DNA of 61,700 nucleotides, filler included, from Nemertoderma westbladi (GCA_032718475.1; 3 parts of 3 records of this genome joined end to end with filler, not necessarily neighbours in it), one strand, 5' to 3'. Shown: positions 12,700 to 26,650, counted from the whole stretch's first letter. Numbers and translations are program-made. The notes: generated from the letters alone by a model not told the origin.

Positions 12700-13403
12700 T
12701 TTGAATAAGTGCCACTTCCTAATTTTGGTGCATCAAAAATGTCGAACCACTAAGTCTTCATACTTCCATCATATTTTCAATTGATTCAGCGGTCCAGAAA
12801 ACCTATAAATGTGCGTTGAAATCTCAACTTTGGTATATTTTCCGAATCTCGTATTTTTCAATATTTGAAGTGCCACACCCTAATTTTGGTGCTCCAAAAA
12901 GTACGATCCACTACGTCGCCAGGTTTCGATAATATTTTCAATCGATTCAGCGGTCCAGAAAACCTATAAAAACGCGTTGAAATCAAAAGATGGGGTTATT
13001 TTCCGAATATCGCATTTTTCAAAATCTGAAGTGCCACGCCCACATATAGGTGCACGAAAAATAGCATCCAGTTCAATTTTCGGAAATGGAATATAATCAC
13101 ATTCGATTCAGCGTAGTGAAAACCCTACTAATGCTATGCCAACAATGCCACACTATCAGAGACACCACAAAAAAATGTATATTTTGTCCTGGGACTACTT
13201 CTTTTTTCATGAAAATTATTATACCACCTTATGAAATTTTAATTTTTTTGGATATGAAAATGTTCTTCGATAAATTTGTTCACCTGCAGCCGACATTTCG
13301 TAGGATTTTATTGGATGATTACAAAAATACAGCGGCGGGGGGCCGAATCGACCCCCCGCCAGTGCTGCTAATGTTCTAAACACCCCAGTGGAAATAGGGT
13401 TAA
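12700..13403. mobile_element. Probable DNA-transposon remnant with three about 161-bp internal repeats, ending GGG-TTAA
   Basis: GTGCCAC...GGTGC..AAAA and GATTCAGCG blocks recur at about 12709, 12870 and 13031. The end GAAATAGGGTTAA resembles a piggyBac-like terminus. No left end was found. Confidence 0.45.
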
Positions 13404-15152
13404 GTGGTAGCTAAATGAGTACTGGAGTTTCTTCTGCGGAGTAAAGTTCTGGAGGGACCGCACTGGAAATAAGTCGTCAGACTTTGTGCGTAATCCCTGG
13501 CCTAGAGGCCGAAGAAAATTTACTTTTTTACTTTTTTTTATCAGTAAATATAATATACAGTATCAATAACATAAATAAAGTATTTTCAGCTCAATGAAGT
13601 TTCTTCAGTATAATGCCAATATCTCAGCTATTCCCCAACCAAATTCAAATATTTTTACATAATTCGGAACCTTTTCACGGCCAGCTTTCCATTGCAATCA
13701 ACCAAGGCGATCTATAAGTACACGTATGAGTATTTATAGAACGCCTTGCTATCAATAAATTAATATAAGGTAGAAAAGGCTACAAAAATATGGCGCCGTA
13801 ACCATGGTTCCGAAAAATACGCGAATTAAAAATTGTTTTTTTTAAGAGCAATAGTATTTGATTATTCCTGTTATCCATAATATTCCACAAAACATTAATG
13901 TTAGTTTTGTATTTTGTAACGCAATATAATTGATAGGGAATGGGAACTGATTTATGGAGTTACAGTGGAACTCATTCGCCAGGTGAGAACGATAAATCAT
14001 AATATTTACAGATTGGTAGGGTCTCTTCAAATCGCAATTATTGTATTATTGTATTGCATTATTTGACTCCGAAATTAACCGACTAATGTGTGCATAATAA
14101 CTAAACAGCATATAGAAAAGAAAATATAGTAAGCATTTTAAATTTTGTTACAGTATGTTAAGGTTATTTTTAGGTAGGTGTGTAAAGTGATTAATAATTG
14201 TAGTTGGCAGTAGCCGAGGCTAGCTTTACAAATTTCAGTCATCGGTTAATAATTAATTAATAATTTCAGTCATCGGGGGGGGGGGGGGGGGGGGGGGACT
14301 GCTGGTGCTGGCTTATCCAAGCAAGTAACATGGATCGAGTTTCAGTTTCGAAAAGAACCTATCCTAAGCAGTGTAATGGTACTGATTATAGGTAGGTAGA
14401 CCGGTATCGGTACCTACCGGTATCGTATAGAGTCTTTTTTAGCGTGTTCAAGAGAATCCAATCAAATTTTAAACTACCCCGGGAAAAATCGACTCAAATC
14501 TCAGCGGTTTAGGAGCAAAAATAAAACTGTATCCTGTTCTACTGACTTTCTTTTATAGTTTTTGATAGAATATCATGCCACAGTAACCTGCTCCTTTTCC
14601 TTATTTGATATTTAGTATTGTTAATTCGTTGCGAGGAATCTCCGTCAATCCCCACCCCCATTATGTTTGGAAGATTTCAGTTTTACCCATTATTCACGAA
14701 ATACCTCGTTCATTTATCATTCTCTTTAGTTGCCCTTTAGTCACACTTGAAAATATACCAAATGAAATTCAATATACATTCGATGTTGGGGTATAAAGAC
14801 ATACGGCGTATATGAGTCATTAGTATTCCTTGTGGGTATCTCTTTTAGTAACTAAATAGGCTTAGTCAATTAGAATTATATCAAAAGTAATAGTCTATTT
14901 AATTTGTACCAGCGATATAATAGTGTAGGAATGACACTGCGTTTAATGATTATTATTTATGACAAAATTTATGCATCTAAATTGACTGAATTTATAGATT
15001 ATGGATAACTGCGAATTAATAACTCATGGTTGGTTATCTTTATAAATTTTTTAATGCGACAGTATCAACTAAAATTTAATGGTCTCTCAGTTTCATGGGA
15101 AACTGGAATCTAATATCGAGTAAATAAAATATCGAAAACTAACTGGAACAAA

Positions 15153-15716
15153 GTTAGTGTAGAACAACAGTACGAATGCACGCACGCAATGGGAAAGTTC
15201 GAGAACACAGTTAGTGTAGAAGAACAGTACGAATGCACGCACGCAATGGGAAAGTTCGAGAATACAGTTAGTGTAGAAGAACAGTACGAATGCACGCACG
15301 CAATGGGAAAGTTCGAGAACACAGTTAGTGTAGAAGAACAGTACGAATGCACGCACGCAATGGGAAAGTTCTAGAACACAGTTAGTGTAGAAGAACAGTA
15401 CGAATGTACGCACGCAATGGGAAAGTTCGAGAACACAGTTAGTGTAGAAGAACAGTACGAATGCACGCACGCAATGGGAAAGTTCGAGAACACAGTTAGT
15501 ATAGAAGAACAGTACGAATGCACGCACGCAATGGGAAAGTTCGAGAACACAGTTAGTGTAGAAGAACAGTACGAATGCACGCACGCAATGGGAAAGTTCT
15601 AGAACACAGTTAGTGTAGAAGAACAGTACGAATGCACGCACGCAATGGGAAAGTTCGAGAACACAGTTAGTGTAGAAGAACAGTACGAATGCACGCACGC
15701 AATGGGAAAGTTCGAG
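15153..15716. repeat. 57-bp tandem minisatellite, about 10 copies
   Basis: Unit GTTAGTGTAGAAGAACAGTACGAATGCACGCACGCAATGGGAAAGTTCGAGAACACA. It generates the repetitive ORFs in this interval. Confidence 0.96.
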
Positions 15717-16767
15717 GTGCTGACTCGAAGATTGGTCCCTGAGAACAATGAACCATATTCCCGAATCACGTCAAAAATATTCGACTGTGTTCTAGAAGTA
15801 AAGGATAATTGTAAAGTAGTGGGACAAGTTTGGTTTGGTTGGGTTGAATTTTAGATAATTTAGATATTTTTCATTGAAGAGTCGCCCCTTGAGCTCGGTT
15901 TTTATTTCCTTAAGTTTGGATTGCCACTATTGCACAAGGCCTTCAAAATATACACCCGTTGTACTTTTACTACAGTAGATACTGCCAACGATATAGAAAA
16001 TTAATGTTAACTTTGGTAGAAATTTGTTCCTTTGGTTGGAGAGCTTAGAAATATATAGATTGACTTCTTCTACTATCTATCATCTCCTACGAATTAATTT
16101 TTAGTTCTAAAATAAGTAGTGAATGATCTAATAGGTTTGGTGCGCGAAAAAATTGTTGGGCTAGAAACAAACGAATAAGGGGTAACAAGGTGCCCTGACT
16201 CGAGTGGCGGGGTGTGGTTTTTGTAAAAAAAAAACGTGGAAATGGTGGATTTAAGTAAGAGCGGGAAGCCAATTTTGAAAATCGACTGTGATTGGCTGCT
16301 ACACATTTGACGTCACTACGCAGTGCTCATATAATTTGGTTTCTATGGAGAGATTTTCGATCGATTTAAATACACATTTAATCTAAATCATTTCACACGT
16401 GGCTCATATCAATTGAAAGAGGAGAGTCTTGCGCGTCTTTTAACACTACACTAACTTAAATTCATGATCATGAACATAAAAATGGAAATACCATGAAGAT
16501 AATATCATGAACATGAAAATTCTGTTTGCAATTTTGCAAACTTGGTAGATTGCCTGACTCCGTATGCAACCGCATGCTGTCCCTCAGCACTAGCCACCTA
16601 TTACATTGCAGTATCGGAGTAGGTCTATTGCTGTATTGTTGCTTAAGTTCATTACGTTGAGTAAACCTACCGCTGTACCACTCTTACGCTACCGCTGACC
16701 GGTACACATTTCAACTTAATGAACTTAGCTGCAATACAGCAATACTCCAATACTGCAATGCAATACA

Positions 16768-17250
16768 TACTACTACTACTACTACTAGGATCGGCATGCT
16801 GCATTGCAGCTGCATTTTTAAGAATGCTGTGCCGGCTTATCGACAAAATTGCACCGCCACAACTCCCTATCACCCATGACATTTGCTAGATCATCCGCAT
16901 CTTCAAGGCCAGTGTCCTTTAAGATGCGTCTCAAGAAAGTCATGGGCTGTCCACCATGCTTATTCACTCCATGAGGCTGCCAAAGTACAAGATTATGCAC
17001 TGGCTGGTCCTCACGGCGAAAGCAATGTCCTGCAAAGCGGAGGCGATTTTGTTCTAGTGTCAAGCTTGGGGGAACCAATGAGACACCTCCAATGTTATAT
17101 AGTGTCTGGTTGGAGATGTGTGCATTGTACTTGACACAATGAACCCGGCGTAGCATTCTTGTGAATGTGCCATCCAGAGATTTGGTGTCCTCAGCAGTTA
17201 GAGCCCAGCATGGACTCCCATAGAGGAGTACTGGAACTACTGCTGCTCTA
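16768..17250 (-). mobile_element. RTE-like LINE 3' fragment, near-identical to 1401-1872
   Basis: Base-for-base match to the first copy with few substitutions, a longer (TAG)n tail and an intact C-terminus (..LVLWQPHG..VDKPAQHS*). Confidence 0.92.
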
Positions 17251-17825
17251 CATCTAAATCACAAAGTTTTTTTTAACACTACCGGTAATCAAATAAAAAA
17301 CACCACAAAAAAACATATTTTCTAAAATGTTCTAGAACAAAATATATTTGTTCTAGAATATTACTTTTTACCAAAATGAATAGACGATATGGTTCTAGAA
17401 CACTTTTAAAAAAGTAAGGAAAACTAGCTTTGATAACAACAAAAAACCTAATTCATTAATTTTGTTCTAGAATAACAATTATTTGTTCTAGAACAAAATT
17501 AATATACATAATGAATAGACAATATGTTTTAGAATATTTAAAAAAAGTAACAAAATCGTGATAGACACAGTGGACTACAGTGATAGGGTCGAGGACATTG
17601 ATAAAGCCGCAAAGGGGATTATTGATGTGGTGAAGTAGGTAACTCTAGTATGTCAAGTTGAGTCGCATTAGTTAATAGATAAATTCTTGATGGGGGTTAT
17701 AAGTTTATTGAGATTTAGAGTGCCAATAAATGCCACAGTGAGAGTGCCTGTAGGTGTACAGAGGCAAACGGGTACATAGAGATCTGATGCTGTAGAAAGT
17801 TGGGACAAAAAAGCAGTCTGACCAT

Positions 17826-18558
17826 GTCATAAGTAGGGTAGGACGGTGCTTGATGGGGCGGCTGCAACAGGAGAGCCCGAGGCTCGACAGTCATAAGTAG
17901 GGTAGGACGGTGCTTGATGGGACGGCTGCAACAGGAGAGCCCGAGGCTCGACAGTCATAAGTAGGGCAGGACGGTGCTTGATGGGACGGCTGCAACAGGA
18001 GAGCCCGAGGCTCGACAGTCATAAGTAGGGCAGGACGGTGCTTGATGGGACGGCTGCAACAGGAGAGCCCGAGGCTCGACAGTCATAAGTAGGGCAGGAC
18101 GGTGCTTGATGGGACGGCTGAAACAGGAGAGCCCGAGGCTCGACAGTCATAAGTAGGGCAGGACGGTGCTTGATGGGGCGGCTGCAACAGGAGAGCCCGA
18201 GGCTCGACAGTCATAAGTAGGGCAGGACGGTGCTTGATGGGACGGCTGCAACAGGAGAGCCCGAGGCTCGACAGTCATAAGTAGGGCAGGACGGTGCGTG
18301 ATGGGGTGGCTGCAACAGGAGAGCCCGAGGCTCGACAGTCATAAGTAGGGCAGGACGGTGCTTGATGGGACGGCTGCAACAGGAGAGCCCGAGGCTCGAC
18401 AGTCTTAAGTAGGGCAGGACGCTGCTTGATGGGACGGCTGCAACAGGAGAGCCCGAGGTTCGACAGTCATAAGTAGGACAGGACGGTGCTTGATGGGGTG
18501 GCTGCAACAGGAGAGCCCGAGGCTCGACAGTCATAAGTAGGACAGGACGGTGCTTGAT
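17826..18558. repeat. 64-bp GC-rich tandem minisatellite, about 11.5 copies
   Basis: GTCATAAGTAGGGCAGGACGGTGCTTGATGGGACGGCTGCAACAGGAGAGCCCGAGGCTCGACA recurs at 17826, 17890, 17954 and onward. Confidence 0.96.
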
Positions 18559-19200
18559 CAAGTTAAGAGCAAGCGGGTAAGCATGTGCAACCATCATTTT
18601 TATATGTATTCAGCCACGAAGCAGGCGTCATTAATGCAACATATGGTCCTGATAGGCCGGTCTACCAAATGTCAAATGCCGATTACATAGTGATAGTGGT
18701 GTGGCATTATAGGCCTGGGGTAAACATTCACGCCATTTCAGGCCTATAGAGAATAGACCCTAAAACCGAACACGTTGGCGCAGCTTATACTAACTCCTGG
18801 AGTACCAATTATCAGATTTTTTATTTATTTATATTTTTCATTTTACGTAGCATCCCATTGAAAACAAACGTTTATTGAACCGCAGGTCCGGCGTTATGGA
18901 GTAACACTACAAAGTTTCCTGATTGGTTCGCCTCTGGTCTACGCCAGTCACCTATTAGCGTTGACCCTGAATCTACGGTATACAATCCCGATTTACCGTG
19001 GTTGCGTATAGAATGCACCTACAACAACCTAAAGGATGTTGAGAACACCGGGTGGAATCTTCGATGTAATACAAACGGATCCGGTTCCTGTTAGTGGATA
19101 AATGATAATTTATTCTACCTGTTACTTAAAACAAAAAATTGGATGTAGAAATGATACATTTTTATGTTTTCATTCGTTTTAGGCATCATTTTGAATAGCA

Positions 19201-19829
19201 AACTACTACAATCGGCATGCTGCATTGCGGCTGCATTATATACAGTATATATATTACATATTAAGAATGATGTGCCGGCTTGTCGACAAAATTGCGCCGC
19301 CACAACTCTGACATTGGCTAGATCATCCTCATCTTCAAGGCCAGTGCGTTTTAAGGTGCGTCTTAAGAAAGTCATGGGCTGTTCACCAAGGTTATTCGCT
19401 CCATGAGGCTGCCAAATCACAAGATTATGGAACTGGCTGGTCCTCACGACGAAAGCAATGTCCTGCAAAGTGGAGGCGACTTTGTTCTAGTGTCGAGCTT
19501 GGGGGAAGAAATGAGACACTTCCAATGTTATATAGTGTCTGGTTGGAGATGTGTGCATTGTACTTGACACAATGAACCCGGCGCAGAATTCCTTTGAAAG
19601 TGCCATCCAGAGATTTGGTATCCTCTCCAGTTAAGAGCCCAACATGGACTCCCATAGAGGAGTACTGGAACTACTGCTGCTCTAAATAACCGGACCTTAA
19701 GTTTCCGATTAATTCTCGGTGACTTCCAAATCCTGGAAAGCCTATTCAAGGCTGCCCATGCCTTTCCCTTACGTATCCGAAGGTCTTCACCTGGCTTTCG
19801 GATCCATGATCCCAAGTAGCAGAAGTCAT
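19201..19829 (-). mobile_element. Older diverged copy of the same RTE-like LINE 3' end
   Basis: GSWIRK..DLRIRKGKAWAALNRLSRIWKSP matches the 1602-2513 ORF, with frameshifts and small indels. Confidence 0.88.
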
Positions 19830-20408
19830 TTTTACGAATTTTTATATAACTTTAAGGAATTTCTATGTAACTTTTTTAATTTTTAAAAAACCTTTGCTAA
19901 CAAAAAAATGGTGATTTAGAACAACTAACGGTACACTAACTAGCTAATAGCTACAGTAACTTTATCCAGCAAATCAACCCTACCATATGGTCGGGATCAT
20001 TGGCTGGATAGCGGGTTTTCTGGAATATTATTCCAGAATAAACTCAAATCAGGTGATTTACTACCACAATTTCCAAATAATAATTTCCCGCTACTTTTTC
20101 TCTCTCTTTATTTCCGACCAGATGTTTTGGGAGGCCCCCTTCCCACAGGACGTATCTTCCTGTTCGACCATTTGGATTTCCATTGGAGTAACAAAGGTTG
20201 CCAAGCGACCAGCGAACACAGGATTGTGGGGCGTAATTACGTTGGCGAACTACAGATAGTTTACTGGGACACTAAATACCGGCATTTCGATGACGCATGT
20301 TCCCATAGTAACGGTGTTTGTATACTCGTGGTATTACTTGCCTCTGGTAAACATAACTCTGATATTGAAAGGGTCATTAAACTAGTACCAAAGGTGAAAG
20401 TGGTGAGT

Positions 20409-21126
20409 CTTTAACTAAGTAAGTAACTAACTTTAACTAAGTAAGTAACTAACTTTAACTAAGTAAGTAACTAACTTTATCTAAGTAAGTAACTAACTTT
20501 AACTAAGTAAGTAACTAACTTTAACTAAGTAAGTAACTAACTTTAACTAAGTAAGTAACTAACTTTAACTAAGTAAGTAACTAACTTTAACTAAGTAAGT
20601 AACTAACTTTAACTAAGTAAGTAACTAACTTTAACTAAGTAAGTAACTAACTTTAACTAAGTAAGTAACTAACTTTAACTAAGTAAGTAACTAACTTTAA
20701 CTAATTAAGTAACTAACTTTAACTAAGTAAGTAACTAACTTTAACTAAGTAAGTAACTAACTTTAACTAAGTAAGTAACTAACTTTAACTAAGTAAGTAA
20801 CTAACTTTAACTAAGTAAGTAACTAACTTTAACTAAGTAAGTAACTAACTTTAACTAAGTAAGTAACTAACTTTAACTAAGTAAGTAACTAACTTTAACT
20901 AAGTAAGTAACTAACTTTAACTAAGTAAGTAACTAACTTTAACTAAGTAAGTAACTAACTTTAACTAAGTAAGTAACTAACTTTAACTAAGTAAGTAACT
21001 AACTTTAACTAAGTAAGTAACTAACTTTAACTAAGTAAGTAACTAACTTTAACTAAGTAAGTAACTAACTTTAACTAAGTAAGTAACTAACTTTAACTAA
21101 GTAAGTAACTAACTTTAACTAAGTAA
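20409..21126. repeat. 22-bp tandem repeat (CTTTAACTAAGTAAGTAACTAA), about 32 copies
   Basis: Near-perfect 22-bp periodicity. Confidence 0.97.
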
Positions 21127-21183
21127 TATTCAGCAGATAATATTCGTTTTTACATAATGGAATAAGTATTTGTTGAATCATTG

Positions 21184-21283
21184 NNNNNNNNNNNNNNNNN
21201 NNNNNNNNNNNNNNNNNNNNNNNNNNNTTAATTAATTAANNNNNNNNNNNNNNNNNNNNNNNNNNNNNNNNNNNNNNNNNNNN
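21184..21283. other. Artificial contig linker (N44-TTAATTAATTAA-N44)
   Basis: 100-bp N block with a six-frame stop cassette, identical in design to 52110-52209. Confidence 0.97.
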
Positions 21284-21827
21284 TGCATGAGAAATACCCT
21301 AATTCTACCGCTAGCTTTGCATAATGTCACCATAGTAACAACCACGCTAGAATTAGAAGTGAGTTAAAATAACAATAGAAAGCTTACCCCTATTGAATAG
21401 CATGCGTAATAAATAGCACCTTGATAGCATCTAAGGATACATAATAATAATGTTGCATTCTGGAAGGCATCTGACTAATGGACAAATGGCCCTAATTTGT
21501 ACAAATTGTGGCAGGAATGTGGAATTTGTGTATTTATAGGTGAATGTTACTACTAAAGTGTGTTTACAGTAGCGAGCCGCAATTGTGACAGTTATCCTAC
21601 ATCTGTATCAAGTACCTCCAGTATATTCGAGCCCTTGTGATGGACAGTGGAGTGACTCGCGCTGGTTATTGTTGTCGTTGTGTGGCTACTACGTTGGCAA
21701 AGGGCACAGCGACAGCAGTACATCAGCGCTGAGGATCTCAGGGCTGTCCGGGGGGCCAAAGAGGGGTAAAGGCAGCGACACCCGCTAGCCTTATTAGATA
21801 TAATATCGATAACCTCATATAGCAGCT

Positions 21828-24210
21828 ATGACTGAGTTGATAGAAGATGATCTTGGTATCAGGGAGCGATATACCCTACCACTACAAGCGTTTGTTGATA
21901 GTTTGATAAGCGGCGACACGAGTCAACACACGATGGAAGACGATGGCCATTATATCGAACCGCCAATGTCAAAGGAACAGCTCAAGCATGAATTAGAGTA
22001 TAGAAAATTCACCACTCGCTATACACATCATAATGGTACGTATATGGACTTCTTAACTACTGGTCATCCTATCGATTTACATGATACTGACGATGTAGAT
22101 ACTGAAAGGGAAATGATTTTATTTAAATATCATGCCCAGTGGAGTCGGAATGATAAACTGAGAATTGAACATGAAAATTATATTCAAAACCGACTAGAAA
22201 GAGAAGATGTTGAAGAACCGGACAAGCGTAGTGACTTTAACGAATATTTAAAGTTCTTGAGAGAAACGTATCTCAATGTAGCTAGTCAACAAAATCTAGA
22301 AACTCGATATCCTCAAGGTATAGATCCTAATCCTATGATGGAACTTAAATGACTGTATTTTACTATGATGTATCTTACTGCCGATCGACTGCTACCAGTT
22401 GTACCAGATAGCTTCGAACAGATGGAGGAATATTGTAAAACTGGAGAAAGATCACCAGCGTTTCCCTTACAAGATGTGCGTCTTTGGTATTACTGCGATG
22501 AATGCCCTAGACCCAATCAACAAACGGAAAGATATAAACATCCGCGGAGACGTTGCGCTAAACACGGTTTTACTTGCTGTACTTACGGGAGTTTTGAGCG
22601 AAACATGTTTGACGTACCACCTACGCTCGCTTGACTCCAACGATCCTTAAGTAAACCTATGATCAGAGTTCCGGAATACTCGGTCAGACCTCCTCATTCC
22701 CCGGTGCGACCGCAGACTCTCGATCCTAATAGTATGACGGATCCTCCTGAGTTGTACTCATTGTTCAAAGACCTGGTGTTACCCGCACAATTAGTCGGTG
22801 GCGCTCTGGTAGTGGGCTCTCTAGATATTCGCACATCCTACCTAGCCGGATTGGGACGCGGACATCTAATATCTCCGCTCAACCCGTATAATCGTTCCAG
22901 TTTAACTCCGATACGACCTGTCACCAAGGTGGAGGAAAGTGTTATACGGAACACACTAGACGCGATTCGGAAAAAGATAGGAAAAGGAACATACGATTGT
23001 TTAGACAAACGTAAATTGCAACAACAAGTTCAAGCGGTAAAATAATTAGCTTTACTCCAGTTCGATCGTGAAATCAAGAATCTGGAGGAAGATATTGAAC
23101 TTGGACGTACATATTCGCTACAAGAGTTCTTAGACGAATGCTTTCAAAGACAAGCGGAGGAGAATCAGCTCGAGGAGAAGCATATTGAAATGGACGAGAG
23201 AGAAGAAGCAGCTTTTGCTCAACCTGAAGTTCAAATACTTATGACTGATCTCTATTCCAAAACCATCATTCATCCTTCGATGGTTCCCCATTTAGGAGAT
23301 AAACTCTTCGCGACAGCATAACCCCAACCGGTTGATATCAACTTAAGATCTAGAGATCTTATCGCTGACTCTCCTATGTTACAACGTCCGCGAATCGAAG
23401 CTGCGCATGTCGACGGTATACTTGTTGAACCTCCGGACAATCGAGCGGATCTTGTCCATCGTATGGTACAAGAAGTTAACCTACGTGCTAGACATTTACC
23501 GAACTCATTTTACGGGATCAAAGATCACCCCTATTATGTCCATTTAACTCAATATTATATGGTGAAAACCAAAGATCCTACACATAGTTTAATGTTTCTA
23601 CCATTGATAAATCCCCTTGATCTTGTTGGACTCGAACAACTACAAGAACATTTAGATCAATTGGTTAAAGTAAACTCATTTAGAAAACCTTATAATGTTT
23701 CAAGAATAGAAAATGCCGTAATACCTCCATATAATCTCGATGGATTTATTAAAACTCGATTAGTCCATTGGAATTTATATGTATTGTTCAAGGAATAAAG
23801 AATACGTTGACTTATTCATAAACGTGCATCCTGAGTTATAAGAAATTCATAGACGACCATATGAATACAAAGCCAGGGAACGCGAATTTGAAAAGACGAT
23901 TAAACCGAGAAAATTCCTCACTACATATGGTCAACCTACCGCTATCGTGCAGACAACCCATCAAGGACCAGTACGAGCTGCCGTCCTGAAACGAGCCCTA
24001 AAGGTTGTTCGCTCTCAATCCACCGATGTCGACATCGATCAACTGGGTACCTCTACCGGCATATACACCGACCGTAATCCAAATGCAATTGTATTGCACC
24101 CTTCCCCCAGGAGTTATAGCCCTCCTAGTAAAGTGGCTCGCCCCAAAGAGAAAAAGACTCTCACCAGTCTCAAAAAACTTCGTAAACGCCATTCGCGAAA
24201 GAAGGACTGA
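21828..24210 (+). pseudogene. Disrupted ORF of about 800 codons and unknown function, in the accessory-ORF position of an LTR element (family X)
   Basis: ORFs 21828, 22365, 22659 and 23376 share one frame and are separated by isolated TGA/TAA codons. After a frameshift near 23800, the C-terminus is homologous to 55000-55408. The ORF ends 78 bp before the LTR start. Confidence 0.7.
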
Positions 24211-24288
24211 TAGTTTAGAGTATTTTTATATATTAGAAACTGTGATTTTTTATATTTTATAGACTTAAATCCCATTTTCTGGGAGCGG

Positions 24289-24705
24289 TGTAAAAGCTTT
24301 TGCGGACAAAACAAGTCATTTTTACACAATGCGCTAAATACTCTAAAAAGGCCTAGAATTGTACTTAGCTTGTTACTATAGCCTCCAGTTGTGATTAGTG
24401 TAAGTCATAACTCTGTTTGATACTTAAAGCACCACGTCACAAAGGAACTGTTAATATTTCCCCGAAAGTAAATATAGTTGTCGGAGATTATATAGTAACG
24501 ATCAATCGAATGATACAAAGTAGCCTACACTGCAATAACTTTCTCTGGAACCGAATCCAGTCTCCCACACAGTGGGTCACATGCCGTGCACGGGCTGGCT
24601 TCGGCGGATGTAAATTCTGTAATTGGTAAGGTCAATAGTCGATTTACAATTAAAAAGACACTTAAATTAGCAGGTTAAACTGTTAAAGGTGTAAAAGCGC
24701 GAACA
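24289..24705 (+). mobile_element. 3' LTR of family X (short version)
   Basis: Preceded by the purine-rich tract CTGGGAGCGG. Starts TGTAAAAGC and ends AAAAGCGCGAACA. Both ends match 55487-56646, and the homology stops exactly at ACA. Confidence 0.7.
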
Positions 24706-26650
24706 GTGTCCCGTATAGGGTCTTTCTGACCTGAATAGGGTGTACATTTATCATAATGATTTTAAATAGTTTCTAAATGTAATGAAATACTCAAAAGTAT
24801 ATAGAATTCACTACCATAGCTTTAATTTCATTCAATTTGTCCCAAATAGGTTGTTTTCGTCCCATATAGGGTGTTTTTGTGCCAAATAGCGTGTGACTTC
24901 CTCAAAATGATTTTAAATAGTTTCTAAATCTCATGTAATACTAAAAAGAATATAGAATTCACTACCATAGCTTTAATTTAAATTTATTTAAATTCATGAA
25001 GGTTGTTTTTGTCCCATATAGGGTGATTGTGTCCCGTATAGGGTGTGAATTGCTTATAATGATTTCAAATATTTTCTAAATGTAATGGAATATTCAAAAG
25101 AATATATTAGAATTCACTATGAATAGCTTTAATTTAAATTTGTCCCAAATAGGTTTTATGTCCCATATAGGGTGTTTGTATCCCATATAAGGTGTTTGTG
25201 TCCCAAATTGCGCATCACTTTCTCAAAATGATTTTACATAGTTTATAAATATAATGGAAAACTCTAAAGAAAATAGAATTCACTATCATAGCTTTAATTT
25301 AAATTTCTCCCAAATAGGTTGTTTTTGTCCCATATAGGGTGTTTGTGTGCCAAGTAGGGTATGACTTTCTCAAAATGATTTTACATAGTTTATTAATATA
25401 ATGGCATACTCAAAAGAAAATAGAATTCAGTATCATAGCTTAAATTTAAATTTGTCCCAAACAGGTTGTTTATGTCCCATATAGGGTGTTTGTGTCCCAT
25501 ATAGGGTGTTTGTGTCCCAAAGCATGGTAAATCTAAATGGTAAAGCTATGGTAGTGAATTCTATATTCTTTTGAGTATTCCATTACATTTCAAAATTATT
25601 TGAAATCATTATAAGAACTTCACACCCTATACGGGACACAAACACCCTATATGGGACACAAACAACCTATTTGGGACAAATTAAATTAAAGTTATGATAG
25701 TGGATTCTATTTCTTTTGAGTATTTCCATTATATTTATAAACTACGTAAAATCATTTTGAGAAAGTCACACTCTATTTGGGACACAAACACCCTATATGG
25801 GACACAAACACCCTATATGGGACATAAACAACCTATTTGGGACAAATTTAAATTAAAGCTATGATAGTGAATTCCATGTTCTTTTGAGTATTCTATTACA
25901 TTTAGAAAATATTTGAAATCATTATAAGCAATTCACACCCTATATGGGACTCAAACACCCTATATGTGACAAAAACAACCTATTTGGGACAAATTGAAAT
26001 TAAAGCTATGGTATTGAATTCTATATTCTTTTGAGTATTCCATGAGATTTAGAAACTATTTAAAATCATTTTGAGAAAGTCACACGCTTTTTGGAACATA
26101 AACACCCTATATGGGACACAAACTCCCTATATGGGACAAAAACAACCTATTTGGGACAGATTTAAATGAAAGCTATGATAGTGAATTCTATATTCTTTTG
26201 AGTATTTATTCTATTACATTTCGAAACTATTTGAAATCATTATAAGCATTTCACACCCTATACTGGACACAATCACCCTATATGGGACACAAACAACCTA
26301 TTTGGAACAAATTTAAATTAAAGTTATGATAGTGAATTATATTTTCTTTTGAGTATTCCATTATATTTATAAATTATGTAAAATCATTTTGAGAAAGTCA
26401 CACACTATTTGGGACACAAACACCCTATATGGGACAAAAACTTCCTGTATGGGACATAAACAACCTATTTGGGACAAATTGGAATTAGAGCTATGATTAT
26501 GAAGTCGATATTCTTTTCAGTATTCCTTTACATTTATAAACTATTTGAAATAATTTTGATAAAGCTACAGGCTATTTTGGACAAAATCAACCTATATGGG
26601 ACACTAACAACCTATTTGAGTCAAATTTTAGACTTATTTAGGACTATTTG
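24706..26650. repeat. Diverged satellite-like units of about 150 bp in two opposed arrays (foldback-like)
   Basis: GTCCCATATAGGGTG and GAATTCACTACCATAGC motifs run to about 25520, then their reverse complements CACCCTATATGGGAC and GCTATGGTAGTGAATTC run from about 25540. Confidence 0.85.

Noticed and set aside
15093-15854. Repetitive ORFs (201 aa and others)
   Set aside because: By-products of a 57-bp unit divisible by three; there is no unique coding flank.
19980-20410. Moderately GC-rich stretch with short ORFs (similarly 28900-29280)
   Set aside because: Only short ORFs and no recognisable motif; it cannot be assigned without a database search.
7579-21126. Regular arrays (59, 57, 64 and 22 bp) as CRISPR-like loci
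   Set aside because: The units are head-to-tail with no unique spacers, no cas genes are present, and the context is eukaryotic.
21184-21283. TTAATTAATTAA palindrome inside N runs (also 52110-52209)
   Set aside because: An artificial six-frame-stop linker between contigs; it is not biological, and no synteny was inferred across it.
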